Shown: positions 19,819-32,094, counted from the stretch's first letter. The stretch is DNA of 60,760 nt from an uncultured virus (IMG/VR IMGVR_UViG_3300025121_000017) (IMGVR_UViG_3300025121_000017); one strand, 5' to 3'. Notes: generated by a model from the letters alone, not told the origin. Made by a program: numbers and translations.

Positions 19819-20649
19819 GGAGCCACTCAATGGATGCGCCACAAGCACCTCCCTACGTCGAGATGAACAAGTCTTTCGACTTCCCCGACGGCGTCACCGT
19901 GGCCATCTCGCTCGATTGCCTCAAGCTGAACCGCGGCGACCAGTGGCGGTTCAACCTTCTCATCCTCTGGGCCGAGCGCGACGAGTCAGACCGGCACAAG
20001 CTTCGTAAGAGCGACTGGATCTGCTACCGGGAGACGTATGAGGAAGCGCACAAGTCCGTAGCCTCGAGCAAGCTCCCGAAGGAACACGTCGGACGCGTTC
20101 GACGCGAGCTGACCCTCCTCGAAAAGAAGTCTCGCGAGGAAGCCGCAGCGTGGCACGCATACGTCCACAAACTTCCCCAGCCTGCAGGGGAAGGGCCGAA
20201 GCTCCCGATCGACGTCGCGACCTGTCCGGTGCCTGTGATTCCGGACTACGACGCGCTGATAGCGGACAGTATGCGCAGGCAGAGCGCAGAGATGGGGGCG
20301 GTTGCGCGCATCTACCAGTCAGATCGCGAGATTCGCGCGCAGATTGATATCGCGAGCCATGATGGGTTGACTTATCGCCTCAACGACGCGTGGCGCTCAG
20401 GCTGGGAGCCTGTCGCGGAGGATGGGCATGAACCCTTCAGCAAGCGCGAGCGTGACTTCTGCGTGGCGCTGGTCGATGGTGTCGTGCCGTCGAAAGTCAA
20501 GTGTGTCTTCTGCGGGCACAAGCTGAAGCTGAGCTCGAGGCAGGCGCGGCGAGACCACATGCGAGACGTGCACGGAGTCGAGAACCCGTGGAAGCAGATC
20601 TGGCCGAAGCCGAGAGACTAACCTGTTATTTTGTCTGGGAGATGTGACG

Positions 20650-21180
20650 ATGCATTTACGAGATTACACCCTGGAAGAGCTGGGTGCCGCCGCGCAGTAC
20701 GGCGAGCTGCTCAACAACGCGCTGCACCAGATGATGCGCCGCGACGCTCCGGTAACCGGTGAGGAGGCAGGTAAAGCCCTGTTCGGCTGGGAGCCGAGGG
20801 TTTACCGTTCCTATGCGAAGATCTGGGAGGAAGACACTGGGCTCTTTGAGATTGAGGAGCGACAGGTGAAACGCTACCAACGGCCCGTCTTCGACTACGA
20901 TCGTCCGGATGTGCCTCTCAATCGCCTTCTCGAGCTCATTGAGGGTGCGCGTGCCTGGACGGGACGCCCGTTGCGGTGGAGGGTCGATGACTTAGAACCA
21001 GGACAGGTGGTCGTCGTGACTGATCCGGTTGAGCTGCCCCGCGGCGCGTGGGGTATTGGGCCGAGGACGCGGGAGGTAGAAGCGTTCGTTCAGCGTCACA
21101 TCATGGCGGAGTTCTCGCGCGCTTTTGTCGTGGGTATCTTGGCTGCGTGCGTCGCGTATGGGGAGAAAGACAATGGCTGA
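20650..21180 (+). CDS. hypothetical protein, paralogue of 50253-50780
   Basis: Shared blocks MHLR, LH(Q/E)MMRR, FDY..(P/A)DVPL.R..EL, AWTG, LAAC..YGE. Confidence 0.7.
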   Translation: MHLRDYTLEELGAAAQYGELLNNALHQMMRRDAPVTGEEAGKALFGWEPRVYRSYAKIWEEDTGLFEIEERQVKRYQRPVFDYDRPDVPLNRLLELIEGARAWTGRPLRWRVDDLEPGQVVVVTDPVELPRGAWGIGPRTREVEAFVQRHIMAEFSRAFVVGILAACVAYGEKDNG

Positions 21181-21665
21181 GCAGACCTGGCAGAGCCTCG
21201 CCCGCCTCAAACGCGACCGCATGGAACGTTGGATGGCTCACGCCGCAAGCTCCGTCCCGGTCCCGTCTGGCGGGCGCGCTGAGCTTATGGCGCGCCTGGC
21301 TGCGATCCCGGACGCGCAGATCTTCTCTTGCGGCGGCGATGGGCGCGAGCCCGATGTTGAAGATCTCCGGCATACGGTGCACGAGGTGCTTGTTCTTGCG
21401 GAGGCCGGACGGCTCGAGAAGCAACGTCAGTTCGCTGTACGTGGCTGGGAGATCTCTCAGCACTGCCTCTGTCCAGCTGGACGCTGCCGGTCAGTGTGCA
21501 TCGCCTGCGGGGACCGCTGGTTCAGACGTCCAGGCGGTGCGTGGAAGCGGCTGGGGCTGCTACCGCAGGACGCGATTGAATGGCTCGAGGCGTTCGCGGG
21601 AGAAGCCGACGACGCGGACGTTGAGAATGTTCTCACGGCCAACTTCACATTTTGAGAGGAACGCC

Positions 21666-21881
21666 ATGTTGATCAAACGTTGGACGCCATCGGGGCGGCA
21701 GGTTAACCTCGTGCTGGAGCAGCAGCGGTTGCTACGGCCCGAAGCGAGGAGCCTTCGGGAGCTGTACACGCGCAAGCCTGCAGTGAGTATGTCCGGTGAT
21801 TATTCGCAGTTGGAGCTGCAGATCCTCGCAAATTGCTGCGTGGCACTCGAGGGCACACTTCGCCGGGGAGGGAAACGATGA
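21666..21881 (+). CDS. 71-aa protein containing a PolA motif A-like peptide
   Basis: GAGAGGA RBS, ATG 21666; SGDYSQLELQILA. Confidence 0.55.
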   Translation: MLIKRWTPSGRQVNLVLEQQRLLRPEARSLRELYTRKPAVSMSGDYSQLELQILANCCVALEGTLRRGGKR

Positions 21882-23132
21882 AGCCTCTACGCGATACTTG
21901 CCACGTTTGCGGTAAGTCCATAAGATTGACGCGCTGGTTGCATCGGATGCGCGTGCATGGGCCGCGCAACAGTCGGTGTGCTGGTAGTGGGTTGAGGGCA
22001 GGGTCCGAGCGGATCAAGGAACTATTGCGACGATTCAAGGCAGAAGCTGACATCAGCGCTGCCGCTGCCCAGCCCGCAAAGGAACCGAACGATGAATGAA
22101 GCCACTCGATCAGCTCTGCTCGCCGCCGGCTGGCGAGAACTCAGTCCAGACGATACACTTCGCCTCGAGCGCCCAGACGATATCCTGTCTCGGTGGGAGA
22201 AGGCCGGCGGACGCTGGCTATACACGAACGGGCGCGAAGAGCTTCGACTCTTGACTCGAGGCGCCTTCTTCCACGATAACCAGGACACCTGGCTCTGGCG
22301 TCCGACGGACTGCGCGTTCGACCACGCTGCGTGGATGTGGTGGGCAGCGTCTGGTACGTCCAGCATAACACCGGACAAGCCCGGGGCTTACTGGTGGAGC
22401 ACGTGGGAGGCACCGGCGCAACCGTTCCAGGCGGTCAATATCGAGCCGAATATGACGTTTCTCGCGACGGTGGGGCGTCTATTGACTCGAATTCAGGTGG
22501 ATGACCCGCAGAATATCTTTGGCGGGGTGTGCCGCGGTCGTCCGGACGGAGACGCCTGGTTGATACCTCAAGGAAAGGAACGCACACGATGAGCCGAGAC
22601 CGAATACTCACCTGCAGCCGATCTCGCAAGTGCGGCTGGGTTGGACCAGAACATGCTCTGTTGCCTGTTAGAAATGAGGAACGGTCGCGGGCGTGGGGTA
22701 CTCCTGTTTCGGACTACACCTGCCCTGGATGCGGCGGTACGGTGTTCACGGAACGAAAGGCCCCAGCGATACAGCGCGCCCCTTTGCCCTGGCTGTCCAG
22801 CTTCGCATCGGGGCATTACGTCACCTGTCCGAAGTGGGCTACACAGCTTGTGAAGGTCAGACGGGAGGAGACCGGGGAGTCGTTGGCGAACGCGGTGCGG
22901 TACATCGCGCGGATGCTCAGCGACGCGTGGTTCGAAGGATAAAGGAGACGCCAATGCGTGAAAAGGTCGTAGAGGAAGTGCTGGCTCAGCTCACGAAGAC
23001 CGTACTGGACGCGGCTGGACGTGGGGTTGCCGACGAGGAGATCGCGGAAGCAGTGCGGCGATTGCAGAAGCGACGCGAGGATGCACTGCAGGCTCGCGCG
23101 AGACACGCTAACCGTGCTAAATAATATCGAAA

Positions 23133-23186
23133 AATGTCATTGACATTTATTGTGAATCGAACTATTCTTATCTCATCAACCTGAAC
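23133..23186 (+). promoter_or_regulatory. box-promoter 4
   Basis: AATGTCATTGACATT; TTGACA-17-TATTCT; AACCTGAAC at 23178. Confidence 0.85.
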
Positions 23187-24885
23187 GATGAGGCAATCGA
23201 TGAACCAGCTCACCACAACAGAATCCCCCACCACACGCACGCGCAACGGTGCCGTTTACACCCGCAAGTCTCACCGAGGCCCGCGTGCGGGCTGGGAGAA
23301 GGCCACTGGACTGGAGGCGGATCGCATCCGGTTCAACTGGGGCTTCCATGACGGCGCAGGCGAGCAGGAGCGTGGTGTGGGGCTGCGAAATATGGATCTG
23401 CACTTTGACCCAACCTACGCTGACGGTTACAGACGTGGCGTGGAGTACGCGAGCCAGGGGTTGAAGCACGACGACAGCACGCAGGCGTGGCAGGAATCGG
23501 GTCGAGTGGGTACTGAGAACCATGTGTCGCCCTATCGGGCCTGAGCAATGAGGCTCGCGCATGAAAGCCTACAACCCTACTCCCGCGCAACGACGCGTCC
23601 TCACCTTCCTGTCTGCCGGACCCATGCGCGCCTACGGCAGCGCCAGCCGCCGCTTTATCCGCGGGGACGGTGCGATCCTGGAGATTGCTGGCGGCGAACT
23701 CGGCGCACTGGTCCAGCGAAACATGGTGGCGGTAGTGTGCGCCCGCGGGCATAACGAGAGCGGGATGCTGTGGCGGCTGCCTCGAGAGGGTGAGGTTGTC
23801 AATAATGCTGCGTCTGCACGCGAAAGGAGTCGAACATGAGCGGCCCCTACCAGTACCGCGGTTACGTGCATGTTAAGTTCAAGCCGATTGATTGTCCCGC
23901 TCGCTGGTACTGGGCGAGGAAGATCAAGGACGGCTTCTACAAGCGCCTCATGAAGGACGGAGGCGAGGAGATCAGCAGTAAAGTTGTGGAGGGGGTCGAG
24001 ACCGTGCTGGAAGAGATCCTGGTTGGCCAGCCTCTTGCGGAGCGACCGGCTCGCATGAACCTGCACTACGGCGAGCTGGAAGAGTGCGTAGAGCCTTAGA
24101 GGACACGAGGCAGGGAGTCCGCGTTTATGGCACGATCAGGAGACCTGGGGTATAAGCTGGCGGACAAACTGCGCGCAGCTGGTTTAGCCATCTCGCACAG
24201 CGCCATCATGGAGACGATCCACATGCGACAGTCCGGCGCATTCTCCTGGGTGCTCCTGGCGGACAAACGCTGCGTGGCCGGCAGTTACTTCCCTGCGACA
24301 CGTGTGCTTCGCGCAAAGAAGCTCAGCATCTTTGTGAGCTCCCCTGGGTGCACGCCGGAAATACTGCCCGAGGACGCAGAAAGGACGAGGGGCCGAAAAT
24401 GAGCGCCAAGAACTTACATTGTGGGAAGAATGCAATGAATCAGGCTCAGATTGATAAGCCGTGCCCATCAGACACTGAACTGCGACGCCTCGCTTTCGAC
24501 AGCGACGTCGACAGCCTCAACATCTCCGAGGACCGCGCGATGCAGGTCGTGGCGCATACCAACGGCTGCGATGCCTGCCGGACTCGCCTTGCGGCGCATG
24601 ACGCGACCCGGCAACGCTTCGCGAGGTATCTTGCCAGGAGCCGAACATGAGCGCCAAGAACACCCAGAACACCGCGGAGATCGCCCTCCAACTGGCGGAC
24701 GATGCAGCGCCGGACCTTCTACCGATCGCGGACTGGCTCAACCTGGACCCGGATGAGTCCGGAGGCGCGGTGGCCCGGTCGAACGGGCGCGGCTGGACTG
24801 CGCCTGCCTGGGTGTGGGACGACCGTCCGCCGATGCCTTGCTGCGGTCTCTGCTAACGGTCTAGGTTGCCTTGCTGGAGTATGCT

Positions 24886-27114
24886 ATGCCTGTCTCTCCC
24901 GTCCATGAAGTTCTAGCTACCGCACTTCCCCTCTGGGCATCCATCGTCGGTGTCGACGTCTACGAGTCCAAGTATGGGCGCGCACGTACGATCCAGCAAT
25001 GGGGCCTGCGCTCCATTGCTGAGGATCTGGCCGCCTCCCAGCAGCTCGATGAGTCGGGTGTCGCCACACTCCTCATGCTGCGTGCCGTAACCCAGGAACA
25101 CCTGAAGGAAGAGCAGATCTCCGCGTGGAACCTGCTGCACGATCGAGCGAGTGTCGACGCGGACGTCGCCCTCCGTCGCCAGCTCTGGGACGTGCTGCAC
25201 GAAGCGAAGGCGTCCGAGGAAGTGGAGGACTTCTACCTCGAAGTGCGCGCCGCGTGTGAGCTCTACGGTTGCCCAGCGGAGGACGTCGAGACGTGGCTCG
25301 CGTCAACAGGGTCCATGGGCTTCGTCAGGCGCGACGCGTTCAAGTCCCTCGAGACGCTCGAGGCTCACAAGTTCCTAGACGGCAAGCCATCTGGGTGTGA
25401 GCCGCGCGTCAATAGGCAAGTCTGGGAATTCTGGAACGTGAATAGTCTTCTCCGCGCGCTTCGATCGCAGGCCCTCCCCGGCGTGACGATCTGCCTCATC
25501 CGCGACCCGGAGGCGTTACACAGCTTCTTCTGCATCAGCGTCGTTGACGGCGACCGCATGTTCGTGCTGACCGACCGAGACAGGCACCCGCACCCGCTTG
25601 CCAAGGAAATGTCGCGTCGTCCGGACAGGGAGCTGGTGCGACGTGCGTCACGCCACCGCTTCCCGTACCAGTTGCTTGATCTCAAGTCAACCGAGGACCA
25701 GAAGGCGCTCTACGCGGAGGCGCGTACGGCCCTTGTGCCGGTGAACGCGGCGGGCGTGCCCCTGGCTCCGCTGGGCGAGCTGTACGTCGACCAAATCGCG
25801 TGGGTGTCGCTTCTCCTGGACCTGGTACGGGAGAAGTTCTACCGCAGCGAACCGCCGGCCCTCCCGCTGAGCTACACCGGGGAAATGGTGGTGCAGCCGC
25901 ATGCCTGGGTGGGTGCGTCGAGTGCGCTCGTGCTGGCGGGCACCTACGAGCCGCTGCAGGCGCCGCGATTGACGTCCGAGAGCATCAACGATCGTGCGCT
26001 TGACCCTGAGTGCATCCCGGCGACCGGCGAAGAGGACTGGATGCTCGAGCGCTATGGTGCCGATGTTCCAGAGGACGCTATCAACCTGACCGGGAACGCC
26101 TCTCGGGTGAAGCTCCTGGCCGACGCGGGCAAGGTAGAGTCCGTGGCTGCGCTGCCGTTTATTGAGCGCTGGGGCACGGAGAAGCGGACCGACATCATGA
26201 CAGCGCGCGGACTGCGGGTACTCGATCCGACGTACTTCGGCACGGCGGAGCAGGTGAAGCGGGACCGGGTGTTCGTCGGCAAATTCAACCGCGCGTCCAT
26301 TATCCAGAAACGTGCGGAGCTCGAGCACGAGCAGACGCGGGAGAAGGTCATTCAGTGGTACAAGGACGCGGTGAAGCGCAACGCGGGGGCACTCCTAGAC
26401 GCGGCGGCACAAGGGACGCTTATGCTCCCCAGCCACAATCAGCGATGGTACGGTGCAGACGGCAAGCCTGCCCGCTCTGGCTCGATCAAGGGCGGCGGGA
26501 TGCACTGGCGCGTCGAGCTCGCAGAAGCGCTCACGCTCCGGATGGGCTCAAGCTGGAACACGTCGAAGATTCGGGACGACGTCGGGTTGTCCTTTACGGG
26601 CGCGTGCCTGGGTGACTGGCGGACAGAGGAGTGTTTCGACACAGGTGCGGCGGCGAGTGTGTTCGGCTACGTGCGTGTCGATTGCAGCGAGGCCATTGCG
26701 GCGGTGTGCGGGGTGAGCGTTGAGGAGCTGCCCTGGCAGCTGCGGCATGTGCGGAGACACCGGCAGACGGGTGTGGGTAACCCCAACCTCGATCGGGTCG
26801 ACCCGGCAGACTGGGTCCTGCACAATCCCTGGGACAAGATGCACCTGGACATCGCGATTATGCTATCGAAGCGGGCGGTGGCGGCGAGGCGAAAGAGGCT
26901 GGGATTGAGCGGGAAGCTGCCGGAGGTGTTGAACCCGGTGCCTGTGGTGGTGGTGCCCGTAGATCCAGCGCAACCTGGCGTGACGTACGGCGAGGTGAAG
27001 GCGTTCAAAGAGCTGTGTGATGACGAAGGGGTGGCGTTTCCGGGGCTTGTGGAGGCGAAGCGGATCGTGGCGGAAGGTGGGGAGCAGGCGTACATTGATG
27101 CGCACGAAGAATAA
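24886..27114 (+). CDS. large hypothetical protein (~740 aa)
   Basis: Long ORF with GGAG RBS; no motif recognised. Confidence 0.8.
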   Translation: MPVSPVHEVLATALPLWASIVGVDVYESKYGRARTIQQWGLRSIAEDLAASQQLDESGVATLLMLRAVTQEHLKEEQISAWNLLHDRASVDADVALRRQLWDVLHEAKASEEVEDFYLEVRAACELYGCPAEDVETWLASTGSMGFVRRDAFKSLETLEAHKFLDGKPSGCEPRVNRQVWEFWNVNSLLRALRSQALPGVTICLIRDPEALHSFFCISVVDGDRMFVLTDRDRHPHPLAKEMSRRPDRELVRRASRHRFPYQLLDLKSTEDQKALYAEARTALVPVNAAGVPLAPLGELYVDQIAWVSLLLDLVREKFYRSEPPALPLSYTGEMVVQPHAWVGASSALVLAGTYEPLQAPRLTSESINDRALDPECIPATGEEDWMLERYGADVPEDAINLTGNASRVKLLADAGKVESVAALPFIERWGTEKRTDIMTARGLRVLDPTYFGTAEQVKRDRVFVGKFNRASIIQKRAELEHEQTREKVIQWYKDAVKRNAGALLDAAAQGTLMLPSHNQRWYGADGKPARSGSIKGGGMHWRVELAEALTLRMGSSWNTSKIRDDVGLSFTGACLGDWRTEECFDTGAAASVFGYVRVDCSEAIAAVCGVSVEELPWQLRHVRRHRQTGVGNPNLDRVDPADWVLHNPWDKMHLDIAIMLSKRAVAARRKRLGLSGKLPEVLNPVPVVVVPVDPAQPGVTYGEVKAFKELCDDEGVAFPGLVEAKRIVAEGGEQAYIDAHEE

Positions 27115-27121
27115 ACTATGA

Positions 27122-27173
27122 AATGTCATTGACATTTTAACGAGCTTAAGTTACATTCAGACATCAACCTGAA
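27122..27173 (+). promoter_or_regulatory. box-promoter 5
   Basis: AATGTCATTGACATT; TTGACA-17-TACATT; AACCTGAA at 27166. Confidence 0.85.
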
Positions 27174-28912
27174 GTCTGGACGTCATTATGCGCACTACAC
27201 GCCCCACGGTCGACTCGCTCTACACCGCACTCCCAGCCTACAAGCGCGCCATCTGGCACGTCATCGCGTGCATGATCGACAACGCGCGAGACTCGGACAA
27301 TCCTGACGACGCGATGCGTTGCCTGGCGTCTAGCACCGCAGAGCACCTCGACAGCTGTATGCACGAAGTAGGCGGTGGGTGCTACGTGCCTGCGCAGCAG
27401 CGACACCTCGTGGGTTTAAAGGGTATCCGTGCCGCGGTGCGCGACGTACAAGCGCTTGAAGAGTGCGAGCGCGATTGGCTCATGAGCTGCGACGCTGAGG
27501 CGGGGCGCCCCGCTCCCCGATCGCATCTCCTTGATTCACGCAGCGAGCGCCACTGTGGGCGGGTTGGAGACTGCGATCTTCGCGGGCCGGAGATGTCTCT
27601 GGAAGATTTCATGTGCGAACCGATCCACCGGAAGTGCGCCACGTGCGAGGCGTTTCGGCAGATCGAGGCCGTCCACGCGAAGTACGGTACGCGCGTCAAG
27701 TACCTCTGGCACGAGGACGGGATGGAGATGCGGGACGGTAAGGAGATCGCTACCTGGCACCCTGTGCTCGTAGACGGGGCTCATGTAGGTTGGTGGATGC
27801 GACAAGAAGGGACGTGGCGTCCTCGGGTAGGGGCGGAGATGCGGGTCTCAGGGTGGGAGAATGTCGCGGACGCTGCAGTAGCAGCAAGCGAAATGCAGCT
27901 GCAGCACGCATAGGTGTCGATTAACAGCAGTTACTCATTTATGGAGCACGACATGCCCACCACCTGGAAGCTCATCTCCACCGACTCACTCTCGAAGATC
28001 AAAAGCTTCGTTGAGGCCCACGGTCTTCTGGACGAGTTTAAGTCGCTTGGCATTATGGTTCGGGATTACGCTGGCGACGTTGAGGACGTACCCGAAACGA
28101 CCGAGCGACTGCCCTGCAACTGCTGGGCGCGGAGGCACGTTCCTCTTGCAGACGGCTCGCGCGTGCACAGCAGTGAGTGCGCGGGTTGGTGCAGCCAAGA
28201 CGCAGAGGGGATCGCTGAGTGGGAGCGCTTCACCGGGCGGACGTACGTGCCTCCACGTTATGTCGCGGCTCAGGCGCATACGCTTCTTGCCGCTGGCAGT
28301 AGTCCAGAGGAGGCAGTAGAGCGCGCGAACGCGGACTCAGCGTTAGGCGTAGTGACGGTGTACGAGGCGAGCGACAAGCTTCTGGCCGCGATGGACCGCG
28401 AGCAGAGCTGGTATGTGCAGTGGAAAGTAGAAGGGCGGCTCGCGATGACAGTTGAGGAGTAGACGTACCACTTTTGACGAGACTGGTGCCGCAGCAAACC
28501 TGAGGTCTTGTTTTCTGAGGAGTATAGGATGAGTTACATGGAAGAGGCGTTCGCGCCCGCTGAAGCGAAATATAGAAGCCAGGTAATGCACGCAACCTGG
28601 GGACACCTCGCCGCCGAGCAGGGTGTCAGACATCCGGGCTCGATCTTGTTTGCTCACGGAGAGTACGGGGACATTGTACCGCTTCGCACCGACTTCCCAA
28701 CGGTGCATGACAGCCCGTGGTTCTTTGATGGGTTGAATGACTATATCGGACGGCAGGTCATGAAGCGTAACAAGCCTGGGACGATCTACCGATTCGACGG
28801 TTGGTATGTGCTGCAGAAGAACGGTAAAGGACGTTTCAGCGGTAAGGTCCACGTTGTCAAAGTGTGAGCGCACATACGCGTCTCCGGTAGGTAATAGCGG
28901 CAATCGAGTAAA

Positions 28913-28963
28913 AATGTCATTGACATTTCTTGGCTTGTCTGCTATTTCTACTGCACAACCTGA
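28913..28963 (+). promoter_or_regulatory. box-promoter 6
   Basis: AATGTCATTGACATT; TTGACA-17-TATTTC; AACCTGA at 28957. Confidence 0.8.
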
Positions 28964-30063
28964 GCAAACGGAGCACGCCCATGCAACTCAACGTATACCC
29001 CATCGAGTGGTCCCACGGCACCTACGGAGATCCCATCGCCTTCGAGGTTTCCGGCTACTGGCGCCAGCCAATCCCTCGCGTCGTTCAATCCGGTGACGAC
29101 TGGGTTGTTTCTGGCACTGACCACGCTCCTGCGCCGACTCCGCTTGAAGCGGCGCAGCTCGAAGTTGACCGCCTGGAGGCAATCGCCAGCGCTGAGTCCG
29201 CAGCTCGAGTCGCGGAGCACAAAGCTGAGCGCGATAGACTCAACCGTGAAAGCGCCGAGCTGAAACGCGACATGGAGCAGGCTGAGCAAGAAAGCCGGGT
29301 GTGGCGAGAGTCCACGATCCGTGAACACAAGGAGCGCCTCCAATCTGACCGCGCTCGACTCAAGCTCGACATCGACACGATGACCGACTACAGCGCTGTT
29401 CGTCTTGCAGAGTCGTTGCTCCGCTTCGCTCGAGAGGAAGAGCGCTCCGTAGCCCGTGGCCAGGCTGACTGGAAGCGCAGCGATGACGGACGCGATCCTA
29501 TGTGGACCACCATTGAGAACGCCTCGAGTGCCGCGGCGTCCTGGGCACGACGACAGCTCAAATACGTTAAGAAGTCCAGGCAGTATTACGCCGGGCTGGG
29601 CATTGAGGAGTACGCGCGCAAACGGTTCCCTGAGCTCTACCCTGCACCTGCTCCGAAGCCTGTTATCGAGCTCGGTGGGTACACCTGGACCGTGGAGTCT
29701 CTGTCCCGCGACGGCGAGAACGTTTCTGGCACCTTCTCTGCTTGGGGATCGCCGGTTGACGTCGTAAGGAAGGGCGGGCACTGGCGGACTGTGCTGCGGA
29801 TGCGGCACGGCGGAAGTGTTGCGCCGCTGGAAAAGAGTGTTGTTGAGCATCTGCGGGCCTACGTCATGGAAAACGCAAAGGAGACCGAGAAATGAACGGT
29901 ATTCTGTAGCAACCTCACCAACAAAAGCTCGAGCTATAACCGCTATCCGCACATTGTTACGGGTGCTCCCGCAAAATATCTTGTCAAAAATATATGCGTA
30001 TGCCAGAATCGTGAAATGATGTAGTTGAAATACTCATCATAAACAGCTAGTTGGAGCGTTAAC

Positions 30064-31068
30064 GTGTCGAAAAAGTCTGCCACCGCTGAACGGATGTATC
30101 CTGCTAGGTGTGCCGCGCCAGATTGGCGGGTTGAGCTAGAGGGTAAAATGTCTGAGATGTGGAGGAGTACTCGGCACTGCGGGGAGCAGCCGCGCCACCA
30201 CGCCACAGATAACACAACATACATCCTTGCAGACGCGATAAAGTGGCTGACAGACGCTCCGCCAGCTTCTGTGCATGCCGTGGTAACGGACCCGCCCTAT
30301 GGGGTCATTGAGTATGAAACCGAGAACCACGCTAAGTTGAGAGCTGGACGTGGCGGCGTGTGGCGAATACCGCCATCGTTCGATGGAGCTACTCGAAGTC
30401 CATTGCCACGCTTCACAGTCTTGTCTAGCGATGAGATCACTAAGCTACACAGCTTTTTTGCAGCACTTGCATATGGGCTGATGCGTATATTGGTTCCGGG
30501 TGGGCATGTTTTCGTCGCTTCTAATCCCCTACTATCCACCACGTCGTTCCATGCCTTCCAAGAGGCTGGGTTTGAAAAGCGTGGAGAAGTAATTCGATTA
30601 GTGCAGACACTTCGGGGAGGAGACCGCCCAAAAGGTGCCGAAGAGGAATTCTCGGGAGTTTCGGCGATGGCTCGGTCTTGTTGGGAGCCGTGGGGAATTT
30701 TCCGCAAGCCCATCGAGGGTACTGTCGCCGCTAACTTGAGACAATGGGGCACTGGCGGACTACGGCGAATCTCTGGAGATGAGCCCTTCAAAGATGTTAT
30801 CACATGCTCTCCAACGAGAGGAAGTGAACGAAGCATGGCACCTCATCCCTCCCTGAAACCGCAACGATTTATGCGTCAAATCGTGAGAGGATCGCTTCCG
30901 CTAGGAATAGGTATAGTGTACGACCCATTCGCTGGGAGCGGGGCGACCCTTGCAGCAGCAGACGCCATCGGATACCACTGCATTGGAACTGATCGAGATT
31001 CATTATACTTTGAAATGAGTCGGCGCGCGATTCCATCCCTCAGAGCGATGCGTATTGAGGATAAATGA
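30064..31068 (+). CDS. N6/N4 DNA methyltransferase (beta class); start may be downstream
   Basis: VVTDPPYG, HPSLKP, YDPFAGSGAT; catalytic motif precedes the SAM motif. Confidence 0.9.
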   Translation: MSKKSATAERMYPARCAAPDWRVELEGKMSEMWRSTRHCGEQPRHHATDNTTYILADAIKWLTDAPPASVHAVVTDPPYGVIEYETENHAKLRAGRGGVWRIPPSFDGATRSPLPRFTVLSSDEITKLHSFFAALAYGLMRILVPGGHVFVASNPLLSTTSFHAFQEAGFEKRGEVIRLVQTLRGGDRPKGAEEEFSGVSAMARSCWEPWGIFRKPIEGTVAANLRQWGTGGLRRISGDEPFKDVITCSPTRGSERSMAPHPSLKPQRFMRQIVRGSLPLGIGIVYDPFAGSGATLAAADAIGYHCIGTDRDSLYFEMSRRAIPSLRAMRIEDK

Positions 31069-32084
31069 ATCCGAATGAACTCTATGCCAATTTTGTAGCG
31101 GGTTTTCCTGCCAGGAAGTTCTCGGCGGGGCTTCTGATTGCGTTCATTGATTTTTTGCAACGGCTCGAGGTTGATACGCTTGAAGCTACAGACCTGGAAG
31201 AACTTCTGGCCGAGTATCCCCGTCGTGTCACAACTTCGGCCGGGAAGCGAGCTAACACTCTCATTGTGGGGCTGCCGAGTGGCGGTAGTCTGAGCCTAAG
31301 GCCGTTCTACAACAATGCCGAGAGGTTCTTTCGCGCTGAGAACAAGCGTTTCGATTATCCGAGTTGCGCTCCGCACGCGACCCAGGCATGGTTAGACTAT
31401 GTCGGATGGCTAGATGCATTGATATCTTTCACTGACAAGCAGCGTGCAGCAGTGCGGCAGAAGGTATGTGACTATGTTCTCGAGACCTTGAAGAGCCAGG
31501 CATACGACCCTACGTCTATCGAAGTTGAGCCTCCCGTATTTCGGATGATATTGGAAAGCTTCGATATGACTTCTCGGAGGGGCGAGCCTACAGGTGCCTC
31601 ATTTCAGGGCATCATTTTCGGGTTTCTTCGTGCCGACAACCCGCATCTCCAGATAGAGATCGATAAGGTGCGGACAGGCTCAAAGCGGCTCCAGCGTGTC
31701 GGTGATATTGACGGGTGGGAAGGCGCGCGACTGGCACTGTCCGCTGAGGTGAAGCAGTTTATCTTGAAGGATGATAACATCCCGGACCTTGAAGCATTTG
31801 CGAACGAGACCGGGCGGCGGGGTACACTCGGAATCGTGGCAGCATTGGGGTTCGATGATGGTGTCAAGGATAACATCGAAGCGCTTGGCGTGAAGGCTCT
31901 AGCCCTTGATGACCTACTACGAATAGTTGAGTTGTGGGATCCGCTCAAGCAGCGTACAGCCGTTGCCTCATTCGTCTACTATGCCCGACACGTCGAGAAG
32001 AACTCGTCATTAGCTGAGCGGCTTGACGCTTTTATTTTACAGGCCAAAGCAGAAGAAATAGGTTCAAGTACACCGCACGTCTAA
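31065..32084 (+). CDS. putative restriction endonuclease (PD-(D/E)xK-like)
   Basis: ATGA-coupled to the MTase; GDIDGWEGARLALSAEVKQ resembles a D...EVK catalytic core. Confidence 0.55.
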   Translation: MNPNELYANFVAGFPARKFSAGLLIAFIDFLQRLEVDTLEATDLEELLAEYPRRVTTSAGKRANTLIVGLPSGGSLSLRPFYNNAERFFRAENKRFDYPSCAPHATQAWLDYVGWLDALISFTDKQRAAVRQKVCDYVLETLKSQAYDPTSIEVEPPVFRMILESFDMTSRRGEPTGASFQGIIFGFLRADNPHLQIEIDKVRTGSKRLQRVGDIDGWEGARLALSAEVKQFILKDDNIPDLEAFANETGRRGTLGIVAALGFDDGVKDNIEALGVKALALDDLLRIVELWDPLKQRTAVASFVYYARHVEKNSSLAERLDAFILQAKAEEIGSSTPHV

Positions 32085-32094
32085 CCTCGCTTTT

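Larger units (their letters stand above)
17255..29895 (+). other. array of short coupled hypothetical genes in promoter-led modules
   Basis: For example 17255-17584, 19830-20621, 22092-22592, 23836-24099, 27188-27913, 28981-29895, with RBSs and ATGA overlaps. Confidence 0.75.
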
